Source: Longimicrobiales bacterium (GTDB lineage: Bacteria > Gemmatimonadota > Gemmatimonadetes > Longimicrobiales > Gaopeijiaceae). From it: a DNA stretch of 64,000 bases. Shown here in pieces: positions 30,071 to 39,616 of this stretch. Within the stretch, counting starts at the first letter, position 1. Each line of letters begins with the position of its first letter. Where the stretch lies: assembly GCA_965202985.1 (NCBI GenBank), contig CBDBCF010000001.1:1376001-1440000 (forward strand), in the 5' to 3' direction. The position numbers and the translations under genes are program-made. The notes below the pieces were generated by a model. It did not search any database. It worked only from the letters and a program-made list of their open reading frames with translations, and was not told the DNA's origin.

Positions 30071-31522
30071 ATGACATTGTTCCATAGCCAACCTACGCCA
30101 AGCCGCCGACAGGCTCTCCAAGTCGAGCGCCAGCGGAAAGATCATCAAAGGACCTGGATATTCACATTGGGCGTCGGTCTTCTGCTCGTCTTCGCCGGCA
30201 GTTGGCTCGGATTCGATCGATGGTTGGGAGGATGGTTCCTCGCGCTTATCCTGTCCTTGCTCATGGCGATGTACTTCATCACGGCGAGCACCACGGAGTA
30301 CGTCTCGGCAGACACACGGGGCGACGCGTTCTATTATCTGGGCCTGCTCTTCACTTTCGGGTCTCTTGTATCTGCTCTGTACGGTTTTTCTAGGTCCGAC
30401 GTTGGCGACATGAGAGAGATGATTGCTCCTTTTGGCATCGCGTTGCTCACCACGATTGTGGGCCTCTTTGGGCGAGTCTGGTTCTCTGTGTGGCAGGAAG
30501 CTCCTGGTGATGCCGTTGCCGACGCCACTCGGGCACTGGACGAAGAGATCAGAGACATGAAGGAGATCGTCAGGCTGGGCAGTGTCGGCATGGCAGACCT
30601 CGTAGACAAGGTTGGCGAGTCCGCCCAGGCAATCGAAGCAACCGCGGGGCGCATTGCATCCGCTGCGAAAAGGGCTGTCAGCACGGCCAGCGATCTCGAC
30701 GAATACTCTGGCCACGTGGCTAAGCTTGCCCAGTCCTTCACGCACGGGGCGACCAAATTTGAGTGTGCGGTCGCCGGGGTCTCCGACGTCGTCTCAGCTC
30801 TAAAGAAGCCTCTGGAAGAGACGAAGGGACGCCTGGACGCCCTGTGTGCCGATTTTGCTGTGCTCGGCAAAGCCGTCAAGCAGGCGCAAGGGTCGGTGCT
30901 GCAGTTGGATCGTGCAGGTCGCGACAGCGAACAGGAAATCGCGGGCATTGCGTCGCGTGCCGAAGGCGTAAAGAGCGAGATGGAGAAGATGCAGGTGCAA
31001 CTTGCCAAGACAGCGGAGTTTGTCGTTGGTGCCCAACGCGCCGCTTCGACGATCGACGAACACACCGCCAGGATAACCCGTTCCGTTGGCGACTTGGCGG
31101 GAGAAGTCGGTAGGTTGCAAGAGGCTGCTGTCGTGGCCGCAGATGCCATGTCGGGAGTGGGAAGCGCAGCGTCGGAATTTGGAATGGCGAAGTCTCAGGC
31201 AGCCTCTTTGGGCGAAAGCCTGTCGGGGTTGTCGAACGCAGCGGTCCAAGGACGAGAAGTTGTAGCAGGGCACGTTGAGGGCCTGAGAGAAAATTTGGAC
31301 GCCGTGGGTGCCGAAGCTGCGGCGACGCTTGGCCACGCAAGCGGTCGTGCGGATTCCGTGACCAAGGACCTCGATAGTCTGCGGGATCAGCTGACGGAGA
31401 CCCAGAAGCAGCTATCGCAGATCACTCGCGACAGTGTCGTGGTCGCCAAAGAACTGCGCCGACGCACCCAAGGTTGGAAATGGCGGCGCTTCTTGTTCTG
31501 GCGACGCGATTCGACACGCTAG
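30071..31522 (+). CDS. MotA/ExbB/TolQ/ZorA-like proton-channel subunit with a long cytoplasmic helical tail
   Basis: TM motifs YYLGLLFTFGSLV (cf. LGLLGT) and FGIALLTTIVGL (cf. GIxxALxTTxxGL), followed by a long Ala/Ser/Glu-rich heptad tail. Start ATG 30071. Confidence 0.65.
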   Translation: MTLFHSQPTPSRRQALQVERQRKDHQRTWIFTLGVGLLLVFAGSWLGFDRWLGGWFLALILSLLMAMYFITASTTEYVSADTRGDAFYYLGLLFTFGSLVSALYGFSRSDVGDMREMIAPFGIALLTTIVGLFGRVWFSVWQEAPGDAVADATRALDEEIRDMKEIVRLGSVGMADLVDKVGESAQAIEATAGRIASAAKRAVSTASDLDEYSGHVAKLAQSFTHGATKFECAVAGVSDVVSALKKPLEETKGRLDALCADFAVLGKAVKQAQGSVLQLDRAGRDSEQEIAGIASRAEGVKSEMEKMQVQLAKTAEFVVGAQRAASTIDEHTARITRSVGDLAGEVGRLQEAAVVAADAMSGVGSAASEFGMAKSQAASLGESLSGLSNAAVQGREVVAGHVEGLRENLDAVGAEAAATLGHASGRADSVTKDLDSLRDQLTETQKQLSQITRDSVVVAKELRRRTQGWKWRRFLFWRRDSTR

Positions 31523-31543
31523 CGTAGACCGAGGTCGGTAGCA

Positions 31544-32611
31544 ATGTTGCCCGCCGAGAAGACGCACTACCGCAAAGGCCTGACGCTCGGGCTGACGCTG
31601 GCGGAGACGTTTAGCGTGGTGGTCTTTGTCCTGCTCTTAGCGTTTGCACTGGTGCTGCGCACCGAGAACGACTCTCGCGTTGAGGCTGAAGAGCAACTTG
31701 GCGAGGCCGAGACGCAGTTGGCGCGCCGCAACCAGATGCTGAACCCCGGCGACACATTGGGTGGCAGTTGGTACCGTTACGCCCAACAGTTGAATGACTC
31801 GCTGGAGGACACACGAGACCGCGCGGGGGTGGCGGAGGCCGAGCTTGCCCAGGCACGTTCCCTGCTGGAAGCGAGGTTGGGACAGCAAGAAGTCGACTCG
31901 CTTCTGGAGCGGTCCAGGGAGCTGGAGACCGCTCGCGATTCCGTGGAGCGGGTCAAGAATTTGTTGGAAACTCTGGAAACCGAACGGGACTCGCTGATCA
32001 ACACTGCGACCGAAGCGCAGAGGCTCCGGGAGATCGTGGCCGAAGCAGTTGCCGAGGAACACGACTCCCTCACGTCCACACAAGTGGATTCGATAATCGC
32101 GCAAGCGGCTCGCGCCGGCTCGCTGGCCCAGGAACTGAGGGAAGCCCACGAGGCCATCCGCTACCAAGCCGCACAGCTTCGCTCCAGGGACAGACTTCTG
32201 GCTGGCGGTTCGGTGGACTCCTTAGCTCGGGAGAATGATCGGTGGCGGTCCCGCTCGGACTCGTTGGAGCGCGAGCTTCGAGGCCACGGTCCACCTTCGT
32301 GCTGGCTCGACGCCCGTGGCGACCCCGAGCATGTCTTTCGCGTTGAGCTAACCGACGGTGGTATGAGGCTTTATGCTACCATCCCCGAGCACCGATCAAC
32401 GGAAGACGAGGTAGAATTCGTCCGGCAAATCGAAGAAGGACGCGAGTACGTACCCGAGGACTTCATTCGACTCACCAGCCCGTTCCTCAGGGCCGGACTC
32501 CGGGACGAGTGCAAGTTCTGGGTTCGGATCGAACGCCGAACGGAGAACGCGGCCATCTTCGAGGAACGTATACGAGAAGTTCGCAATCCCTTCTTTCCCG
32601 TACTTCGTTAG
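31544..32611 (+). CDS. MotB/ExbD/ZorB-like single-TM protein with coiled coil and an unrecognised C-terminal domain
   Basis: Short N-terminus, TM GLTLAETFSVVVFVLLLAF with an intramembrane Glu, long coiled coil, C-terminal domain with PPSCW...ECKFWV; no OmpA-like motif seen. Confidence 0.55.
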   Translation: MLPAEKTHYRKGLTLGLTLAETFSVVVFVLLLAFALVLRTENDSRVEAEEQLGEAETQLARRNQMLNPGDTLGGSWYRYAQQLNDSLEDTRDRAGVAEAELAQARSLLEARLGQQEVDSLLERSRELETARDSVERVKNLLETLETERDSLINTATEAQRLREIVAEAVAEEHDSLTSTQVDSIIAQAARAGSLAQELREAHEAIRYQAAQLRSRDRLLAGGSVDSLARENDRWRSRSDSLERELRGHGPPSCWLDARGDPEHVFRVELTDGGMRLYATIPEHRSTEDEVEFVRQIEEGREYVPEDFIRLTSPFLRAGLRDECKFWVRIERRTENAAIFEERIREVRNPFFPVLR

Positions 32612-32693
32612 AGGTGCCCGCTGGTTTTATGTTTAGACGATGCCGCCGCCTTCCATCTATTGCCCGGTCCCCGCACCCCACGAACAGGAACCC

Positions 32694-33725
32694 ATGAAGC
32701 CTGACCGCGAACAAGTCGCCCGCTGGAAGAAGGTCCTTGCGCCCTACCTGGGCCCCGACAACGCTCGGAGCGCCGGGCAGCTCGCCATCAGCGCGGGTCT
32801 CTTCGCCGGCTGCTGGACGGCGACCTACTTCGGCTTGGCGGTCGGCTACTGGCTGACGCTGTTGCTCGCGGTCCCGACCGCGGCCTTCCTCATGCGGCTC
32901 TTCATGATCCAGCACGACTGCGGGCACGGGTCGTACTTTCGGTCCCAGAAGGTGGCGAACGCGGTGGGCTTCGTGATCGGGGTGCTGGCGCTGACGCCGT
33001 ACCACTACTGGCGGAAGACGCACGCGATCCATCACGCGCACTCGGGCGACCTGGACATGCGGGGCTTCGGCGACATCAGCACGAAGACGGTCAAGGAGTA
33101 CGAGGCGATGTCGCCGTGGATGCGGCTGGGGTACCGCATCTACCGCAACCCCTTCGTCATATTCGGACCCGGCGCGGCGTTCCACTTTCTGATCAAGCAC
33201 CGCTTTCCTTGGGACGTGCCGCGGGCGTGGAAGAGGGAGTGGCGCTCGGTGTGGTGGACCAACGCCGCCCTGGCCGGGATCGTCGCGCTGGCGTGGGCGA
33301 CGATCGGGCTGGAACGGTTCCTGCTGGTGCAGATTCCCGTCACGCTGTGCGCATGCGCCATGGGCGTCTGGCTCTTCTACGTGCAGCACCAGTTCGACGA
33401 AGCCTACTGGCACTGGCACGAAGACTGGAACTACTTCGACGCCGGGCTCCACGGGTCGTCGCACCTCCGGCTGCCGAAGCCGCTGCAATGGCTCACCGCC
33501 AACATCGGCCTGCACCATGTGCACCACTTGAGCGCGCGCATTCCCAACTACCGGTTGCAGCGCTGCCACGACGAGAACCCGGAGCTGTGGGCCGCGCCCA
33601 AGATGACGATCCGCGACGGCCTCAAGACGCTGAACCTGGCCCTGTGGGACGAAGGGCGGCGCAGGCTGATCTCGTTCCGCGAATACCGGCGGCTCCGCCT
33701 ATTGCCGGCGACCGGTGGAGGCTGA
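32694..33725 (+). CDS. Membrane fatty acid desaturase
   Basis: Three His boxes HDCGH, HAIHH, HHVHH; start ATG 32694 after CAGGAA. Confidence 0.93.
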   Translation: MKPDREQVARWKKVLAPYLGPDNARSAGQLAISAGLFAGCWTATYFGLAVGYWLTLLLAVPTAAFLMRLFMIQHDCGHGSYFRSQKVANAVGFVIGVLALTPYHYWRKTHAIHHAHSGDLDMRGFGDISTKTVKEYEAMSPWMRLGYRIYRNPFVIFGPGAAFHFLIKHRFPWDVPRAWKREWRSVWWTNAALAGIVALAWATIGLERFLLVQIPVTLCACAMGVWLFYVQHQFDEAYWHWHEDWNYFDAGLHGSSHLRLPKPLQWLTANIGLHHVHHLSARIPNYRLQRCHDENPELWAAPKMTIRDGLKTLNLALWDEGRRRLISFREYRRLRLLPATGGG

Positions 33726-35205
33726 CCCCCCGCCGACCGCGGGCCAGCCCGCCTTGGACGCGCTGACCACCCGCATCGAGGCACTGGCCGAAGCGTCGCG
33801 CGCGCTGGACCCTGGTCCCGCTGACCGCAAGCACTTGCGCGACGCCGTCATGGCGTACTCGCAGGAGTTCCTGGACGCCCTGCCCACGGCCAAGACCTAC
33901 GTGGACGCTCCGGGCTTGGACTCCGGCCTGGAGGGCTTCGCCATAGCCGAATCGGCCCGTCCGGTCGAAGAGGTCCTGGCCGCCATCGGCAAGTTCGTGG
34001 ATGGCCCCGCGTTGAACCCGGCGTCGGGCGGGCACCTGGGCTACATCCCCGGCGGGGGCCTGTACCCGTCGGCGCTGGGCGACTACCTGGCCGCCGTGAC
34101 CAACCGCTTCGCGGGTCTCTACTTCGCGTCGCCGGGGGCGGTGCGGATGGGCAACATGCTGCTGCGCTGGATGGCGGACCTGGTGGGCTACCCGCCCGAG
34201 GTCGGCGGCGACTTGGCCAGCGGCGGCTCCATCGCCAACCTGACCGCCGTCGTCACCGCCCGCGAGGCCAAGTGGGTCCGCTCCGCCAACGTGCCCCGCG
34301 CGGTGGTCTACACGACGCGCCATGCGCATCACTGCATCGGCAAGGCGCTGGTGGTGGCGGGCCTGCGCGAGAGCATCGTGCGTCACGTGGAGATGGACGA
34401 CGGGTACCGCATGTCGCCCCAGGACTTGGCGGACAAGATCGAAGCCGACCGGCGCAATCGGCTGCTGCCGTTCATGGTCGTGGCGACCGCGGGCACGACC
34501 GACACCGGCGCGGTGGACCCCATCGACCAGATCGCGGACGTGGCCGCGGCGAACGACGTCTGGTACCACGTGGACGCGGCCTACGGCGGCTTCTTCGCCC
34601 TGTGCCCCGAAGCGCCCCCCGCCCTGTCCGCCCTTCACCGAGCCGACTCGCTGGTGCTGGACCCGCACAAGGGACTTTTCCTGCCCTACGGCACCGGCGC
34701 CCTGCTGGTGCGCGACCGCGAGGCCCTGCGCAACGCCCACACTCACGTCGCCCCCTATCTGCGCGACGCTTGGGAAGACGAAGCGTCCCCGTCTCCCGCC
34801 GACCACTCCCCCGAGCTGAGCCGCCACTTCCGCGCCATGCGCCTGTGGCTGCCCCTCCAGCTCTTCGGCCTCGCCCCCTTCCGCGCCGCCTTGAGCGAGA
34901 AGTACTGGCTGGCCCGCTACCTGTACGAGAAGGTCCAGCGCCTGCCCCACGTCGAAGTCGGCCCCGAACCCGACCTGTCCGTGGTCATGTTCCGCTGGAC
35001 GCCGCCGGGACGGGACGCCAACGAGGCCAACGAAGCCCTGATCCGCAGAATCCACGCCGACGGCCGCGTGTTCCTGTCGTCCACAGTGCTGGGCGGGGAG
35101 ATCTGGCTGCGCTTCGGCGTCCTGTCGTTCCGCACTCACAAGGAGACCGCGGACTTGGCGCTGGAGGTGGTGCAGGACGCCGTGCGGGCGGAGGCGGGCG
35201 GCTAA
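33715..35205 (+). CDS. PLP-dependent group II (aromatic amino acid/glutamate-type) decarboxylase
   Basis: SGGSIAN, TAGTTDTGAVD, HVDAAYGG, DPHK (PLP lysine), PELSR. Confidence 0.92.
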   Translation: MEADPPPTAGQPALDALTTRIEALAEASRALDPGPADRKHLRDAVMAYSQEFLDALPTAKTYVDAPGLDSGLEGFAIAESARPVEEVLAAIGKFVDGPALNPASGGHLGYIPGGGLYPSALGDYLAAVTNRFAGLYFASPGAVRMGNMLLRWMADLVGYPPEVGGDLASGGSIANLTAVVTAREAKWVRSANVPRAVVYTTRHAHHCIGKALVVAGLRESIVRHVEMDDGYRMSPQDLADKIEADRRNRLLPFMVVATAGTTDTGAVDPIDQIADVAAANDVWYHVDAAYGGFFALCPEAPPALSALHRADSLVLDPHKGLFLPYGTGALLVRDREALRNAHTHVAPYLRDAWEDEASPSPADHSPELSRHFRAMRLWLPLQLFGLAPFRAALSEKYWLARYLYEKVQRLPHVEVGPEPDLSVVMFRWTPPGRDANEANEALIRRIHADGRVFLSSTVLGGEIWLRFGVLSFRTHKETADLALEVVQDAVRAEAGG

Positions 35206-35239
35206 CGGCGCACCCCAGGCGCAACGAACGCCCGACGGC

Positions 35240-35737
35240 TTATGGTCGCCGGCCGGCCTCGGCGCGACCCAGCCCCCGCGGGACGTCGGTGGCGCTGGGG
35301 AAGGCAGCATACATCTCGGCTTCCTCATGGCCGACCACGCCCCTGCCGTCCGAAAGCAACCACGCGTGAAGCTCCAGGTCCTTGCCGGGCCGCCGCCGGA
35401 CGCCGATGACCAAGCGGCTGGACAGTCCCCGCCGACGCAACATCCACTGCGCGGCCATTGCCTGGGGCAGGCACACCGCCTCGAACGGCACCCGCTCGGC
35501 CACGCCTCTCACTGCCCTTCCCACCTTGCGGGCGACGGCATGTTCGGTTGGGCGGATCCGGGGGCCGGCGGGCAGTTGCGGATTGCCGTCGGGAAGTCCG
35601 CCCGCAACGGTCTCTCCGCCGGTGATCATCCACTTCTTGTAGCGGCCAAAGGGCACGTACTTGACCACCAAGCGGGCCAGAAGCAACAGAGTCGCAGCTT
35701 CCACGGCCATGGCCTTGGTCGAGTTGGAAGCACGCAT
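35240..35737 (-). CDS. Lasso peptide biosynthesis B2-type (transglutaminase-like) protease domain
   Basis: AVCLPQAMAAQWMLRRRG...LVIGV...HAWL Cys/His motifs; in frame with an upstream remnant (track ORF 35240..36100); true start uncertain. Confidence 0.8.
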   Translation of the reverse strand: MRASNSTKAMAVEAATLLLLARLVVKYVPFGRYKKWMITGGETVAGGLPDGNPQLPAGPRIRPTEHAVARKVGRAVRGVAERVPFEAVCLPQAMAAQWMLRRRGLSSRLVIGVRRRPGKDLELHAWLLSDGRGVVGHEEAEMYAAFPSATDVPRGLGRAEAGRRP

Positions 35738-35739
35738 CA

Positions 35740-36444
35740 ACACGACCACGGCGCCGATGCGGGACCGGCGATGCGACAGATCGTCAAGCCGCCAGAACGC
35801 CATCCACGCCAGCTCGCGAACCGCTGGCCGGAATCCGCGCTTCAGCAACATTGCGCTCGCCTTGACCCGGGCCTTCTCCGCCACGCCGCGCGGGCCGGAC
35901 CTGACCCAACTTGTCGCAACCCGTTCGGCAACCCACGCGGCCCGACGACGGCCCGCCTTGGACCACGCGGTCGGCTGAACGGGAACATCCAGATGAAATG
36001 CCCGACGGCACAACAGCACCACGGAAGCAAGTGCGCGCTCCAGACGCGCTTCCCGGAACCGAGCTTGCACATCCTGAAGCTCCTGCGGGTCTCGTGCCAT
36101 GTCCGTACAGCCGCTGGCTCAGCGGCAGACCCTTCAGAACCAAGCACGGGACGTTCGCGGCGGCACGAAGGCGAGCTTGGTCGCGAACTTGCCGGATCGT
36201 GGCCAGCGGCAGATCGCCCCAGCGCAGGGCGACCTTCGATCCCATGCAGGAACAACCCGGCCACGCGGCGGCGGCTCACCAGGGCCGCAAGGCCGTTCCA
36301 ATCCGCAACGTTCAGCAGCAGCTGGTCGTCCGACGCAGGGTCGCGCTCCGGCTCCGGCGCGCCGTGCACTTGGCGCAGGAACCGGCTCAGGGAAAGCCTC
36401 AGTCCGGCCAACAGACCGTCCAGCGGGCTGGTCGACGATGCCAT
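35740..36444 (-). pseudogene. Nucleotidyltransferase (NTP_transf_5-like) remnant
   Basis: Fragments in three frames: DWNGLAALVSRRRVAGL, VPCLVLKGLPLSQRLYG, LERALASVVLLCRRAF; the catalytic DxD region is not found. Confidence 0.6.
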
Positions 36445-36461
36445 GGCGCCGATTAGTGATA

Positions 36462-37745
36462 CTATGGTACCATGCCGTGGCGCCGCAACACGTCCAGCAC
36501 CGCCTCAATCGGCAGCGCTTCGCGTGTTCCCCAACGGCTGGCCACCGTCGTGGCCTTGAACATGGAGTTGTAGATCGCCTCTTCGGTGGCCTCGATCGTG
36601 GCCTGGAAGAGAGGGGAGACGCGGTCGTTGGTCAGGTCCGTCACGGTTCGTTCCCCGTCGCCGGGACGCCTGCGGACGCTCGGCGCGGTCGAGAACGCGA
36701 TCACGTAGTCGCCGGACCCGTTGCCTGCGTATGAACCCGTCCGGGACAGTCCCATGATCGCCCGGGCCGCCACCCGGCCCAGGTTCCTCTCGGACAGGGG
36801 CGCGTCGGTGGCCACCACGATCATGATCGACCCCTTGTCGGATTCGCCCTCGGGCTCCAAGTCGCCGGATCCCGGCCGCGGCTGGAAGGGATAGCGCCCC
36901 AGCGCGCGGCCCACCGGCGCCCCGGCGATCTGCAGGACCCCCCCGAAGTTGGACTGCACCAGCACGCCCACGGCGTAGCCCCCGACCGGGGGCGGGAGCA
37001 CGCGAGAGCTCGTGCCGATGCCGCCCTTCCACCCAAACGCCGACGTTCCCGTGCCGGCGCCCACGCTCCCTTCCTCCACCGGCCCCGACAAGGCTCCGTC
37101 CAGCGCTTGGCGCACGTGCTCCGCCGTCACGGGCCGCGCGCGAATGTCGTTCAGACGGCCGTCGTTGGTCTCGCCCACCACCGGGTTGATCGACCGAACC
37201 TCTTCCATGCCCTCCTGCGCCAAGGCCCATTCGACCATGGCGTCGGCCGCCTTCCACACGCACAGCGTGCAGGTGAGCAGGACGGGGGTCTCGAGTTCGC
37301 CCAGCTCCTGCACCTGCGTGACGCCCGCGAGCTTGCCGAAGCCGTTGCCCACGTGGACGGCGGCCGGCACGCGGTCGAAGTAGATGTTGCCGGCGTGGGG
37401 AAGGATCGCGGTGACGCCGGTGCGGACGCTGTCTCCTTCGACGACGGTGGCGTGGCCGACGCGGACGCCGGTCACGTCGGTGATCGCGTTGAAGGGGCCG
37501 GGCTGGAATACGCCCGGAGCGATGCCGAGCTCGCGGGCGCGCGGGCGGGCTACGGGGGTTCCTTGCGTCTTTCCGGCGCTCTGCGTCTGCCGGACTTCCG
37601 CAGACAGGGTTTCGGCGGTCGGGGCTTCGGTGGCCAAGCTCGAAGCACCCGGCAACGCCGTCGCGGCAAGTGCAACGCCGATCGGTAAGAGCGTTGCCCG
37701 CGTCCGAACCCAGGAGCGGCGGGGCGGCCAAGCCGTCTTCGTCAT
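36462..37745 (-). CDS. P1/S58 family peptidase (DmpA-like L-aminopeptidase/D-esterase)
   Basis: NAITDVTGVRVGH, NGFGKLAG, VVGETNDGRLND, EEGSVGAGTG, KGGIGTSSR, GSIMIVVATDAP, NGSGD; start ATG 37745. Confidence 0.92.
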   Translation of the reverse strand: MTKTAWPPRRSWVRTRATLLPIGVALAATALPGASSLATEAPTAETLSAEVRQTQSAGKTQGTPVARPRARELGIAPGVFQPGPFNAITDVTGVRVGHATVVEGDSVRTGVTAILPHAGNIYFDRVPAAVHVGNGFGKLAGVTQVQELGELETPVLLTCTLCVWKAADAMVEWALAQEGMEEVRSINPVVGETNDGRLNDIRARPVTAEHVRQALDGALSGPVEEGSVGAGTGTSAFGWKGGIGTSSRVLPPPVGGYAVGVLVQSNFGGVLQIAGAPVGRALGRYPFQPRPGSGDLEPEGESDKGSIMIVVATDAPLSERNLGRVAARAIMGLSRTGSYAGNGSGDYVIAFSTAPSVRRRPGDGERTVTDLTNDRVSPLFQATIEATEEAIYNSMFKATTVASRWGTREALPIEAVLDVLRRHGMVP

Positions 37746-38659
37746 AGCGCTGCGACGACCATCGAACCCAGCAGCAGCGGATGGTACGCAAGCGAGCCAA
37801 GAAACACCCGGCGGCAACGAAGCGGTGTCGGCGCGCGCCAGAACGCCGCCGACGCCGCGACCAGCGCCGAGCCCAGGGCCAGCGCCGCCAACGAATAAGG
37901 CATCCGGGTCGTGTTCAGCGCGACGGGCAGGACGCTGGCGGGAACCAGCGCCGTGGAGTAGCCCAGCATGAGCGCCCCTGCCAGCCGGGGCGAACCTTCC
38001 GGGATCAGGCGAAAGCCCGCCCGCGCATAATCTTCCCGCAGGCTCCACGCCAAGGCCAGGACATGAACGATCTGCCAAAGGAACAAGATGCCGAAGAGCG
38101 CCAAGCCGGGTGGAACGGGGGCGCCGGCGTGGGCGGTCCAGCCGATCAGCACCGGCAGGGCGCCGGGCACCGCGCCCACAAGCGTGGCCAACGGCGAACG
38201 CAGCTTGAGCGGCGTGTAGGCCCCGTTGTACAAGAGCGCCGCAGCCGCCGCCAGCGCCGCCGGCAGCCAGCCGCACCAGTACCAGAGGTGGCCGGCGCCC
38301 GCCAGCAGCAGTACCCAGCCGAAGAGCCGGGCCCGGACGGGCGGGATGCGCCCCGACGGCACGGGCCGCTGCCGCGTGCGCACCATCAGGGCGTCGTGCG
38401 CGTGCTCCAGGTATTGGTTCAGAGCCAACGCCCCGGCAGTGCTCAGCAACGTCCCGCCCACGACGTGCAGAAGCAGTGCCGGCGAGACTTCGGGCAACGC
38501 CGCCAGCACGTAGCCCGCGGCGGCCGTCGCCGCCACGTAGAAGGTGATTCCGGGCTTGGTCAGCTCCATGTAGGCGGACCAACCGCGCCGCCCCGGCAAC
38601 CCGCCCCTCGCCCGGGCGCCGCTTCGGTCGCCCCCCCGCAGGCGGTCCTCCAGGCTCAC
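37742..38659 (-). CDS. cyoE: Protoheme IX farnesyltransferase (heme o synthase)
   Basis: ELTKPGI, LNQYLE..HDALMVRTRQRPVPSG, YTPLK, GAVPGALPVLIGW, FLWQIVH, DYARAG; GTG start overlapping the SDR stop. Confidence 0.92.
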   Translation of the reverse strand: MSLEDRLRGGDRSGARARGGLPGRRGWSAYMELTKPGITFYVAATAAAGYVLAALPEVSPALLLHVVGGTLLSTAGALALNQYLEHAHDALMVRTRQRPVPSGRIPPVRARLFGWVLLLAGAGHLWYWCGWLPAALAAAAALLYNGAYTPLKLRSPLATLVGAVPGALPVLIGWTAHAGAPVPPGLALFGILFLWQIVHVLALAWSLREDYARAGFRLIPEGSPRLAGALMLGYSTALVPASVLPVALNTTRMPYSLAALALGSALVAASAAFWRAPTPLRCRRVFLGSLAYHPLLLGSMVVAAL

Positions 38660-39447
38660 AGCAGCCCTTGCACCAAGCCGCCGTCGATCTGCAACGTGTG
38701 GCCGGTCACGTACGATGCCGCCTCCGACGCCAGGAACGCCACTGCGTTGGCGAACTCTTCCGGCCGGCCGATGCGTCTCATGGGCACGCCGCCGGCCAGC
38801 GTCTCGCGGATCGCTTCGGACGTAGTCCCTTCGGCCTCGGCCCGTGCCTGGAACAGGGCGTTCAGGCGGTCGGTCGCCACGTACCCCGGCGCCGCCACGT
38901 TGCACAGGATGCCGTCGGACGCCAGCTCCTGCGAGATCGTCTTGACGAAGCCGACCACCCCCGGCCGCGAGGTGTTGGACAGGACCAGTCCCGGCACCGG
39001 CTGCTTCACCGAAACGGAGGTGATCGCCACGATGCGTCCCCAGCGGTTCTGGCGCATGTGCGGGACGGCCGCCAGCACGAGCTGCACGGTGGACATCAGG
39101 TTCAGCTCCAGGGCGTCCCGATAAGCTTCGGGGCCGAAGGCGTCGGCGCCTCCGGGTGGCGGTCCGCCGGCGTTCGCGACCAGCACGTCGAGTCGCCCGA
39201 ACTCCGCCACGGCCTGCTCCACGGCGTCCGTGCAGAACTCCGGTTCCCTTACGTCTCCGGCAACGGGCACCACCCGTCGGCCCGTGTCTCGCGCGATCTC
39301 TGCGGCCGCGGCCTCCAGAGGCGCCGGCGAGCGCGCCGCAACGACCACGTCGGTGCCCTCCATGGCCAGCCGCTCCGCCACGGCGCGCCCCAGCCCCAGG
39401 GAAGCCCCCGTCACCAGGGCCGCGCGGCCCGTCAGTCCAAGGTCCAT
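38656..39447 (-). CDS. SDR-family oxidoreductase
   Basis: TGASLGLG, VANAGGPP, SNTSR (atypical active site), PGYVATDR, IDGG. Confidence 0.92.
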   Translation of the reverse strand: MDLGLTGRAALVTGASLGLGRAVAERLAMEGTDVVVAARSPAPLEAAAAEIARDTGRRVVPVAGDVREPEFCTDAVEQAVAEFGRLDVLVANAGGPPPGGADAFGPEAYRDALELNLMSTVQLVLAAVPHMRQNRWGRIVAITSVSVKQPVPGLVLSNTSRPGVVGFVKTISQELASDGILCNVAAPGYVATDRLNALFQARAEAEGTTSEAIRETLAGGVPMRRIGRPEEFANAVAFLASEAASYVTGHTLQIDGGLVQGLL

Positions 39448-39616
39448 ATCGATTTCCTCCCCTTCGGTTTCGGCCCATCGCTAGAATAGTGGCCTACGGC
39501 CTGCCGGGTAAGGCCGGGGGCCGGCGGGCAGGGGCGACAGCCGCCGGGCGCGAGGGAAGCCGCCGGGCGCGAGGGAAGATCGCGGCTCGCCAAGAAAGGT
39601 CGGGAACAAGCGAGAG

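Noticed and set aside
30071..31522. Methyl-accepting chemotaxis protein call
   Set aside because: The tail is MCP-like in composition but lacks the LLALNAAIEAARAGE signalling hairpin; TM motifs fit the MotA/ExbB family.
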